A DNA stretch of 64,000 nucleotides from an uncultured Ruficoccus sp. (lineage in GTDB: Bacteria; Verrucomicrobiota; Verrucomicrobiia; Opitutales; Cerasicoccaceae). The stretch lies in NCBI GenBank assembly GCA_965140785.1, contig OZ223497.1:224001-288000 (forward strand), read 5' to 3'. The notes under the pieces were generated by a model. That model was given only the letters and a program-made list of their open reading frames with translations, ran no database searches and was not told where the DNA came from. Positions 56,294 through 64,000 of the stretch are shown piece after piece. How positions within the stretch are numbered: the stretch's first letter is position 1; the number at the start of each line of letters is the position of its first letter. Position numbers and translations under genes: made by a program.

Positions 56294-57240
56294 GACGGCT
56301 GGCCTCCCAGGATTTCGATAAAAGCGTCCTCGAGCCTGCGCTCGACACGGTGGAATTCGTAGATGTCGATACCAGTCGTGAGCATCTCCCGCAGAAGCTC
56401 GGCCAGCTGTGCCTCGATATCGCTTTCGGTGGAATTTTCCACCATGAGCTCGATGTAGCCATTGTCCTCGCCGTGCCGGGCGACGCCGTCACGCGCGCTG
56501 AGCCATTGCTCGAACTTGTGGGTCTCGCCGTGAATGCGCAGACGCACCCGCGTCCGCCCGTCGGCCTTGTGAAAGCGCAGGCTGTCCGAGGTGCCCTGGT
56601 GGACCTGCCGCCCGTTATCGATAAAAAGCAGATGGTCGCACATTTCTCCCAGTTCGGAGAGGATGTGGGAGCTGATGAAGAGGGTCTTGCCGCGGGAGGC
56701 GAGGAGCTTGACAAGGTTCCTGAACTCGATCCGCGCCTTGGGGTCGAGTCCGGCGGCGGGCTCATCGAGGACGAGCACCTGCGGGTCGGACAGGAGGGCG
56801 CGGCTCAGGCACAGGCGCTGCGTCTGGCCTTTGGAGAGGCGGTTGCAGGGACGGTCGGCCAGCACGTCCATATCGGTGAAGGCCATGACCTCATCCAGGC
56901 GGTTGCTGCGCTCGCGGCCTTTGAGGCCGAAAGCCCGTCCGTAAAAGTCCAGATACTCCCACACGTCCATATTGGGGTAGCCCCCGAAGTGGTCCGGCAT
57001 CCAGCCAATCATCTGGCGGATCTCCCGGGGGTGGTCGAGGACGTTCATGCCGCCGATCTCGATGGACCCGGAGTCAGGGACATCGAGCGTAACCATCATG
57101 CGCATGGTGGTTGTTTTCCCTGCTCCATTGGCACCGATGAAGCCGACGACCTGACCGGGATCGATTTGAAAGCTCAGGCCATTGACGGCCTGCACCTTGC
57201 CGAAAGCGCGGTAAATATTATCGACCGAGATGATGCTCAT
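56290..57240 (-). CDS. ABC transporter ATP-binding protein (exporter type)
   Basis: GANGAGKTT, LSKGQ, LVLDEPAAGLDP, SSHIL. Confidence 0.95.
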   Translation of the reverse strand: MSIISVDNIYRAFGKVQAVNGLSFQIDPGQVVGFIGANGAGKTTTMRMMVTLDVPDSGSIEIGGMNVLDHPREIRQMIGWMPDHFGGYPNMDVWEYLDFYGRAFGLKGRERSNRLDEVMAFTDMDVLADRPCNRLSKGQTQRLCLSRALLSDPQVLVLDEPAAGLDPKARIEFRNLVKLLASRGKTLFISSHILSELGEMCDHLLFIDNGRQVHQGTSDSLRFHKADGRTRVRLRIHGETHKFEQWLSARDGVARHGEDNGYIELMVENSTESDIEAQLAELLREMLTTGIDIYEFHRVERRLEDAFIEILGGQPS

Positions 57241-59111
57241 CGCTCGCCCTCCTTTCTCTGGGCGGGTAAAGACTTGGCCGGGGCGATGACGAAGGACTGG
57301 TACTCGTGCCAGTCGATACTGCCGACGGTCTGCGGTGTGTCGCCGGTGTAGCGTTCCATGCTGGCGTAAATGTGGCCGGGCTGGACGTTCATGCGGTGGA
57401 CTTTTGTACGGGTTTCATCGTCGAAGTGGCCGATGACCCTGGAAATGAATTCCTTTGCCTGCTCTTTTTTGACGGGCTTCAGGCGGGTGGGATTGCCGGT
57501 GGCGACGCCTTCGGCGCGATAGAAGGATTTCCCGTCGGCCCCCAGCAGGTAGAGGTCGGGACAAAAGCCCGGAAAGCTGGAAACCACATACAGACCGTCG
57601 TCGCGGGACTGAATCTCGAAGCCGGAGCGGGTGGGGCGGACGCTCGTCATGCTCAGGCCCTGAACGCGTCGGCTGCCGAACCAGCCCCCCCAGTAGGTGC
57701 CATCATGGATGCCGTAGGTGCCTTCTATCTCCAGCGATGCCCAGCCCGACACGCGGCTGCCAAGCGGCACCGCCCAGATGTCTCCGGGGGTAAAGGTACG
57801 GGCGGGCAGGACTCCGGTGAGTGCGTATTGCGACTCGATGAGGACTTCCTGGTTACTGCCGTCAGGGAGGATGAACAGGCGGGTGATCTGGCCTTCACCG
57901 CCTACGCCGTCGGCGAAAACAATAAAGATATAGATCGCCCCGGAAAAGACGAGCGCGATCAGCGGTGTCGTGAAAAGCAGGCGGTAACGCTTACGGCCAC
58001 GGGAGAAGACCCAGAGGTTGACGGGGCCGACGATGATGCCAAAGGCCAGCATCGTGATCAGCACGACCGGAAAGTTTATCCCTTTGGGCTCATAGTAAAA
58101 CGAAACATCGACGGGCGTGGCTTTCGTTGAGCCGGGCTCACTGACGGCCGTCAGGAAGGACTCGGTCAGCGTTCCCCTTTTCCGTGCCGACTTCATCCAG
58201 AAGTTCGCGCCGAGCTCATCGTAAACCTCAATAACTTTATCGGAGTACGACTGCTTATCGTTCATCTCAAGCGTTGATGAGATCTGCGAAGTATTGTACT
58301 GAAAAAGCTCTTCGTCGCTCAGGTAGGGGTACACGCGCACAACGCCGGCTCCATGGGCGATCAGGCCCGACCCGCTTCCGGGCAGGCCGCTGACGGCTTG
58401 CGTCGTCGGGGTTCCCTTGTCTTTGAGAATTCGCAGGTCTCCGCCCTGGGCCACCCATTCGAGGATCGGCCGTTGCTCGTCCGGGCGCAGTTTTTCCCAG
58501 TCCGATTGCTGAAACCAGAGCATGTCAACGCCGCTATAGCCGCGCCAGTCGCGGAGCAGGAAGCCGATCTCGGTATCATCGGAGAGTAAATTCGTGTTAT
58601 TGTTTTCCAGATAGTTCCTGATACGTCCGCTATACCGGAGTCGCAGCGAGTCCGAGCAGAGGCCGTAGATCGGGTTGCTATACGAGGTGTAGCCGGAATT
58701 AGAGATCCAGAACTCGCCTGCAGTCGAGGGGCCCTGGACGGAAACCTGGTAGCCGGAGCCGTAGGGACGGGTTTTGATCACCGGGCAGAGGACTTCAAAG
58801 CTCCGTTTCTCTCCGGCCGGGACGGTCAAGTCCTGCTGCCACTCAACATCGAAACTGCCACCGTAGTAACCGTAGTCATCGTATTTGGCGCTGATGGTCC
58901 AGGTCTTTTCACTGTTTGAGCCGTTTGTGATCTCGACCTTGAGCGGGAAGTAGCCGTGCTGGACGAGGCCCATGAAGCACTCGGTCACCACCACATCGAG
59001 CTTGCTGCCGGCTCCCGTGGCTATTCTGTGTGGACTCCCCGCGCTGGCAGCGCTCAGGCCAGAGAGGCAGGCGAGCAACAGCAGGAGACGGACGGAAGAG
59101 GAAAGATTCAT
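57237..59111 (-). CDS. Membrane-anchored periplasmic protein of the MoxR operon
   Basis: Signal peptide; two central TMs with GPVN...R...L..TP motif; 4-nt overlaps with both neighbours. Confidence 0.7.
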   Translation of the reverse strand: MNLSSSVRLLLLLACLSGLSAASAGSPHRIATGAGSKLDVVVTECFMGLVQHGYFPLKVEITNGSNSEKTWTISAKYDDYGYYGGSFDVEWQQDLTVPAGEKRSFEVLCPVIKTRPYGSGYQVSVQGPSTAGEFWISNSGYTSYSNPIYGLCSDSLRLRYSGRIRNYLENNNTNLLSDDTEIGFLLRDWRGYSGVDMLWFQQSDWEKLRPDEQRPILEWVAQGGDLRILKDKGTPTTQAVSGLPGSGSGLIAHGAGVVRVYPYLSDEELFQYNTSQISSTLEMNDKQSYSDKVIEVYDELGANFWMKSARKRGTLTESFLTAVSEPGSTKATPVDVSFYYEPKGINFPVVLITMLAFGIIVGPVNLWVFSRGRKRYRLLFTTPLIALVFSGAIYIFIVFADGVGGEGQITRLFILPDGSNQEVLIESQYALTGVLPARTFTPGDIWAVPLGSRVSGWASLEIEGTYGIHDGTYWGGWFGSRRVQGLSMTSVRPTRSGFEIQSRDDGLYVVSSFPGFCPDLYLLGADGKSFYRAEGVATGNPTRLKPVKKEQAKEFISRVIGHFDDETRTKVHRMNVQPGHIYASMERYTGDTPQTVGSIDWHEYQSFVIAPAKSLPAQRKEGER

Positions 59112-60127
59112 GACAGCTTGGCGGCACTGAGCGACTTGGGCAGTTCCTTGACCTCGGGAGAGACCTCGTCCAGAAGCGCCTGGACCAGGGCCGCCGGGGT
59201 GTGGTTCTGCATCTTGGCCTGATAGCTCAGAATGATGCGGTGTCCGAGGACGGCGGAGGCGACGGCCTGGACATCGTCCGTACTGGCGTGTGCGCGACCC
59301 ATCAGTAGGGCGCGCGCGCGGGCTGCCGCTGCCAGGCCGATGGCCGCGCGGGGGCTGGCCCCGTAGCGCAGGTTCTTGGACATCTCCGAGTGGCCCGGTG
59401 CTGTGGCGTCCACCAGGCGGGCAATGTAAGAGCTGACCACGTCGGGCAGGTAAACCTGCTGCGCGAGCTGGCAGAGTTCGCTCAGGCGTGCGCCATCCAT
59501 GACGGGCTCGACGGTCGCCTCCTCGCCAATGGTACGGTTGGCGATGATCCGCTGGAGTGTGTCCACGTCGCTGTGGTGGACCTCCAGTTTAAACAGGAAG
59601 CGGTCCAGCTGTGCCTCCGGGAGCGGGTAGGTGCCCTCCAGCTCAATCGGGTTCTGGGTGGCAAAGACGAGGAAGGGCGTGGGCAGGGGGTGGGTTTCGC
59701 CCATCACCGTGACGCGCTTCTCCTGCATGGCTTCCAAGAGGGCGGATTGTGTCTTGGGGCTGGCGCGGTTGATTTCGTCCGCGAGCAGCAGGTTGGTGAA
59801 GACCGGGCCGGGTTCAAAAACAAACTTTCGCTGGCCGTCCACTTCCTGAAGCATCGGGTTTCCGGTGATGTCGCCGGGCAGCAGGTCCGGCGTGAACTGG
59901 ATGCGGCTGGTCTGGATTTGAAGCGCCTTGGAGAAAGCCTTTACCAGCTCGGTCTTACCGAGGCCGGGGAGCCCCTCCAGCAGGATATGCCCACGGGCGA
60001 GCATGGCCACGGTCACATGCTCAATCAGGCGATCCTGCCCGAAAATAACACCGGCTACCGCCTCGCGGAGGGTTTTGAGTTCGTCAGCCAGCCGCGCGGC
60101 CTGGGCTTCATCGATGGGGAGTGTCAT
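59108..60127 (-). CDS. MoxR-family AAA+ ATPase
   Basis: GHILLEGLPGLGKT, RIQFTPDLLPGD, DEINRASPKTQSALLEAM, TQNPIELEGTYPLPEAQLDRF. Confidence 0.95.
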   Translation of the reverse strand: MTLPIDEAQAARLADELKTLREAVAGVIFGQDRLIEHVTVAMLARGHILLEGLPGLGKTELVKAFSKALQIQTSRIQFTPDLLPGDITGNPMLQEVDGQRKFVFEPGPVFTNLLLADEINRASPKTQSALLEAMQEKRVTVMGETHPLPTPFLVFATQNPIELEGTYPLPEAQLDRFLFKLEVHHSDVDTLQRIIANRTIGEEATVEPVMDGARLSELCQLAQQVYLPDVVSSYIARLVDATAPGHSEMSKNLRYGASPRAAIGLAAAARARALLMGRAHASTDDVQAVASAVLGHRIILSYQAKMQNHTPAALVQALLDEVSPEVKELPKSLSAAKLS

Positions 60128-60193
60128 AAAACGGTAAAAACGGCGTTAGGGTAAGCAGGGAGATGCTTTTTAATATCACGAAAATGGGAATGT

Positions 60194-61495
60194 TTACTGG
60201 AAATAATCTTCTAATATGGCCCGCTCCCGCGGAGTGTACGACTCGCGCCAGACGACATCGCCGCCCGCGCCGAGCTCCGCCGCGTTTTCCACGCTGACGC
60301 CGGCCTCAAAGGTGTCGGCCTGCTCATCGTTACCGGGCCGGGATGAGATACCGACCGTTTCGCCCATCACGGCGTTACGCAGATCCTTGTTGGAAACGCC
60401 CTCATACGCCCCGGTTGCCAAATCCGTACCCTCGTCCAGCATGACCAACGGAGCGGGACCGGGCCCCCGCTGGATGTCGCCGGCTGCCATTTGCTGCGTT
60501 TTGATTTTAACGGCCTGGAGATCGAGTTCACTCAGGCCGGAGGCTCCGCTGCATTGGCCTGCGCTCTGCTGGAGCCGCTTCTGGAGCTCTTTCATCTGCT
60601 GCGGGCTGAGGCTGTTCATCTGCGAAAAGCTCATGGATTGGAGTTGCTTGAGCATTTTCGGGTCGAGGGCGGGCTGGCTCATCTGGAGTTTTTGCAATTG
60701 CTGCTGCCAGGCCTCGTCGAGCTGTTCCACACTTGCGCTGTTGAGGGTCGGGGCTGCCTGCTGCCTGGACATTTCCTCCAGAAAGGTGCTGGTGGACTGA
60801 AGCTGGCGGGCCAGCTCCTGCATGGCCAGGCGAGTCTCATCGCGCAGCGCCTCTCCGGCCTCCAGCGAGCCCTGCGAGTACCATTCTTCCTTCGGTTGCT
60901 CGCGCAGCTCGCTTAATTGTTCCTCCAGCTTTTCCACCTCTTCGGCTGCCACGATACGCTCTTCCTTGAGCAGATCGGCCCAATCGGCAACCTGCGTCCA
61001 AGCCGAGGGCTCGATGGAGTCTCCGGAGACAGGCTTGGCCTGAGTGCTCTGAATGGGTAACCATAAGCCGGCCAGGACAAAAGCTGCCGAATACACCAGT
61101 GGCAAAACCGCCACGTGCGGTCTGAGGCCGATGACCCTGCCGCGGTAAGCCTGTGGACTGGGCCACTCCAGTGTACCCGCGTAGGCGCAACTGAGCCGGT
61201 TTTGCAGGCCGAGGGCGGTTTCGATGCGCAGGAGTGCGTCCGGCAGGGTGTAAGCCGTGCCGCGTGCGCGCCATAACGTCCAGCCCAAGGCGAGCCCGGT
61301 GACAGCGAGGTACCACGGAAAAAGGCTCAAAGCACTCTCTCCGCCGCGGCGTACGATCAGGATGGCGGCCGTGAATATCAGGTTTATCCCGACAAAGAGT
61401 GGCGTGAAGCGTTGCCAGAACCACGCGACGTTTACGACAAACGTCAGCCAGCGCGCGCGCTTCAACCAGAACGATGGCGATTCCTGGGGTGGCAT
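60194..61495 (-). CDS. Membrane-anchored coiled-coil protein, first gene of the MoxR operon
   Basis: N-terminal TMs, Q/E-rich coiled coil, C-terminal ...ILEDYFQ. Confidence 0.65.
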   Translation of the reverse strand: MPPQESPSFWLKRARWLTFVVNVAWFWQRFTPLFVGINLIFTAAILIVRRGGESALSLFPWYLAVTGLALGWTLWRARGTAYTLPDALLRIETALGLQNRLSCAYAGTLEWPSPQAYRGRVIGLRPHVAVLPLVYSAAFVLAGLWLPIQSTQAKPVSGDSIEPSAWTQVADWADLLKEERIVAAEEVEKLEEQLSELREQPKEEWYSQGSLEAGEALRDETRLAMQELARQLQSTSTFLEEMSRQQAAPTLNSASVEQLDEAWQQQLQKLQMSQPALDPKMLKQLQSMSFSQMNSLSPQQMKELQKRLQQSAGQCSGASGLSELDLQAVKIKTQQMAAGDIQRGPGPAPLVMLDEGTDLATGAYEGVSNKDLRNAVMGETVGISSRPGNDEQADTFEAGVSVENAAELGAGGDVVWRESYTPRERAILEDYFQ

Positions 61496-61618
61496 AACAG
61501 GGGAGTGTTACTGTTAATTATCACCACTCAACACAAAAGAGGGACAAAGCGTTCTCTGCCTGCGGTTTTCTCGCTCCGATAAAGACGCCGTACTCCGCTC
61601 AAAATGTGGGATCCGGGC

Positions 61619-61646
61619 AAAAAAAAGCTCTCCATGACGGAGAGCT
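61619..61646 (-). terminator. Intrinsic terminator after tRNA-Ala
   Basis: GCTCTCC/GGAGAGC stem followed by T8 on the minus strand. Confidence 0.8.
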
Positions 61647-61655
61647 AAAAGTGAA

Positions 61656-61731
61656 TGGTGGAGCCGATCGGGATCGAACCGACGACCTCTTGCATGCCAT
61701 GCAAGCGCTCTTCCAACTGAGCTACGGCCCC
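61656..61731 (-). tRNA. tRNA-Ala (anticodon GGC)
   Basis: Reverse complement GGGGCCGTAGCTCAGTTGGAAGAGCGCTTGCATGGCATGCAAGAGGTCGTCGGTTCGATCCCGATCGGCTCCACCA; G3:U70 pair, encoded CCA. Confidence 0.97.
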
Positions 61732-61989
61732 ATCAGGGAAAGCGGATAAGCAAATCATCCGTGCGGGGGTAGTCAACCCTTTATCGGCAACTTTTTCAGG
61801 AAAATTTGCGGCGCGTGTGAACCGTCCATCGCTGGTGGGTGGAGAGGTCGAAAACTGGAAGATGGGAGGAACAAGCGGCTCACGGATTCGGCTGGGGAAA
61901 TGGTACAGGAAATCCGTGGTTAAGGGGCCGATGGGAAGCCGGCAGAGCTGTCTGCTCCCCTTGATTGAGTGGCGTGCGTCTCCCCGGAA

Positions 61990-62609
61990 TCAGCCGAGGG
62001 CGGTCTTGATGAGGGCCTCGGTGGTAGCGTCGGGGCCGAGCTTGTCCTGGGCCTTACGCAGGGCCTTGTCGGCTTCGGGCGGCTTATAGCCGAGCGTGAC
62101 CAGGGCGGAGAGGGCGTCTTGGAAGGCCGAGCCGGCGGGGCTGCCGGTGCCGCTGACGCCGGAAGCAGAAGCGCTGGCCGAGCCCGCGGCAGGGACTCCG
62201 CCGGGGAAGACTTTGTCCCGCAACTCGATGACGAGACGTTCGGCGGTTTTTTTTGCCGATACCCTGGCATTTGGAGAGCAGGACGACGTCGGAATGGGCG
62301 ATGGCGGGTGCGGAGGCTTTCGACTGACATACGGCTCATGATGTTGAGCGCGATTTTCGGGCCGATGCCGGAAACTTTCTCGACCAGCAAGCGGAAGAAG
62401 TCGCGGTCCTCGCGGGTGGCGAAACCATAGAGCGTCTGTGAGTCCTCGCGGTACACGGCCAGCGTGTGCAGGCGGGCTGTCTGGCCGATGCCGGGCAGTT
62501 TCTCCGCCGTGGTGACGGGGATGAAGACCTCGTAGCCGATGCCGTTGGCTTCGATCACGGCGGAGAGCGGGGCGGCTTCGATGAGTTTACCTTCGAGCGA
62601 GACGATCAT
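61990..62609 (-). CDS. ruvA: Holliday junction branch migration protein RuvA (two +1 frameshifts, probably sequencing errors)
   Basis: MIVSLEGKL...GIGYEV...LYGF...VSGIGPK. Removing one base at 62306-62308 and one in the T8 at 62247-62254 restores GIGKKTAERLVIELRDK...DALSALVTLGY. Confidence 0.9.
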
Positions 62610-62776
62610 GGAGAGAACGAATAGTAAAAACCGCCAAGAGGCAAAGATACAAAGGCGAGAAATTTTTTGAGGATGAAAGCTGGTTTCGCGGCTCGCCCAT
62701 CTCGGGTAAGTTGCACAGTCTATGTGCGAAACACTTACCGGACGATTTTTAGGGATTCTCTTCCATACCTCTATCC

Positions 62777-63178
62777 ATGAAACACTACGGTTCCTGCCTC
62801 TGCCAGTCGGTCAAGTTTGAGATCGAGGGCGACTTCGAAAAGTTTTTCCTGTGTCACTGTGAGCATTGCCGCAAGGACACGGGGTCAGCCCACGCGGCCA
62901 ACCTGTTCACGACTGTGGCCACGCTGACCTGGCTGGCCGGGGAGGAGGTATGCCGTACGTACACCTTGCCCGGATCTTCCCATCAGCGGAGTTTCTGCGC
63001 AAATTGCGGTTCGGCGCTGCCCAGTGTGCAGGACGAAGGCCGACGGCTGGTCGTGCCTGCCGGAAGCCTGGACACGGACGTGCCGGTTCGCCCCGATGCG
63101 CACATTTGTCTGGCCGACCGTGCAAACTGGGACCACGCCCTCGATGAGGTTGCCCGGCTCGACGATCTGCCGTCGTAG
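62777..63178 (+). CDS. GFA (Mss4-like, Zn-binding) family protein
   Basis: GSCLC, CHCEHCRK, RSFCANCGS. Confidence 0.9.
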   Translation: MKHYGSCLCQSVKFEIEGDFEKFFLCHCEHCRKDTGSAHAANLFTTVATLTWLAGEEVCRTYTLPGSSHQRSFCANCGSALPSVQDEGRRLVVPAGSLDTDVPVRPDAHICLADRANWDHALDEVARLDDLPS

Positions 63179-63491
63179 CAGCTTGGGCCGCTTAAACAAA
63201 GACTCGACGAGGTGAAAACGGGGGGAGGTTATCGCCGTTGCGAAAACGCTCAGGAATCTGTCTTTTTCTTTTTAAGGCGTTGTCTGCTCACGAAATAAGG
63301 GAACAGGGGAAAAGTTAAAAATACGGCTAAAAACAAGGCGTCGACTCCTGGCGTCGCCCGTTTGTTTTGATGAGGACATAAACGGCCATCACGATGAAGG
63401 GCGAGCCCGCGATAAGATAAGCTGACGCGAGTTGTTTCATCTGTTAAAGCGCTGCACAACGGCTGCAATCTTTCGTACGGTCACGCTCGGG

Positions 63492-63550
63492 GTAGCGGCC
63501 TTTCTGGCCGCGTAGGGGCGAAGCCCCTCTATGCCAGCGGGTGCAACCCG
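63492..63550. repeat. Cluster of three short hairpins, two starting with GTAG (REP-like)
   Basis: GTAGCGGCC-TTTCT-GGCCGC; GTAGGGGC-GAA-GCCCCT; CGGGT-GCA-ACCCG. Confidence 0.5.
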
Positions 63551-64000
63551 TCAGTCGCGCAGGCCGAGGACGTCTTCGGCGCGGTAAAGGCCGGGCGGTT
63601 TGCCGAGGACCCAGTGGGCGGCACGGAGGGCGCCCTGGGCGAAGATACGGCGGTCGGAGGCCTTGTGCGTGAGCTCAATACGCTCACCGGGACCGGCGAA
63701 CATCACCGTGTGGTCACCGACGACATCGCCGCCGCGCAGGGCGTGGACGCCGATTTCATCGTCAGGGCGCTCGCCGACGATGCCGTGGCGGCCGTGCATC
63801 TCCTGTTCGGGAGTGAGGCTGCGGGCTTCACGGAGGATTTCCAGCAGGTGCTCGGCGGTGCCGCTGGGGGCATCCTTTTTGTGGCAGTGGTGCATCTCGA
63901 TCAGCTCGGGATGGTACTCGCGGCCAAGTATCTTGGCGGCCTTACCGACGAGGTAAAAGAGCAGGTTGACGCCGGTGGAGAAGTTGCCGGCCCAGACCAT
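63551..64000 (-). CDS. dapB: 4-hydroxy-tetrahydrodipicolinate reductase, C-terminal part (5' truncated by window)
   Basis: NFSTGVN, EMHH.HKKDAPSGTA, LRGGDVVGDHTV.F...GERIELTHKA.DR.IFA.GA. Confidence 0.95.
   Translation of the reverse strand: MVWAGNFSTGVNLLFYLVGKAAKILGREYHPELIEMHHCHKKDAPSGTAEHLLEILREARSLTPEQEMHGRHGIVGERPDDEIGVHALRGGDVVGDHTVMFAGPGERIELTHKASDRRIFAQGALRAAHWVLGKPPGLYRAEDVLGLRD

Noticed and set aside
680..61731. tRNA-anchored integrative island
   Set aside because: The accessory region lies downstream of tRNA-Ala, but I found no integrase and no duplicated tRNA 3' end.

Overview
GC-rich bacterial DNA. PEP-CTERM proteins, prepilin/H-X9-DG-type proteins and several LacI regulators suggest Verrucomicrobiota, probably Opitutia (inference). 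Housekeeping genes sit at the edges: an ABC-F fragment on the left; tRNA-Ala(GGC), ruvA with two homopolymer frameshifts and dapB on the right. Between them is a large accessory, mostly glycan-utilisation region. It holds an alsS-DoxX-phosphodiester glycosidase-CMD operon, an ADP-ribosylglycohydrolase, a ~3200-aa GH81+6xCBM32+GH3 fusion and a second, divergent ~2090-aa GH81-like protein with a long GSGY-repeat insert. It also holds two parallel modules of LacI + prepilin-like protein + PEP-CTERM protein + glycan enzymes with no TonB-dependent receptor, a LacI/FGGY kinase unit, several decayed genes, a beta-carbonic anhydrase and an 8-gene MoxR/vWA/DUF58/ABC operon. Shared palindromic motifs suggest operators. 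No integrase, transposase or CRISPR array was recognised. All family calls are from motif recognition by eye, not from database searches.
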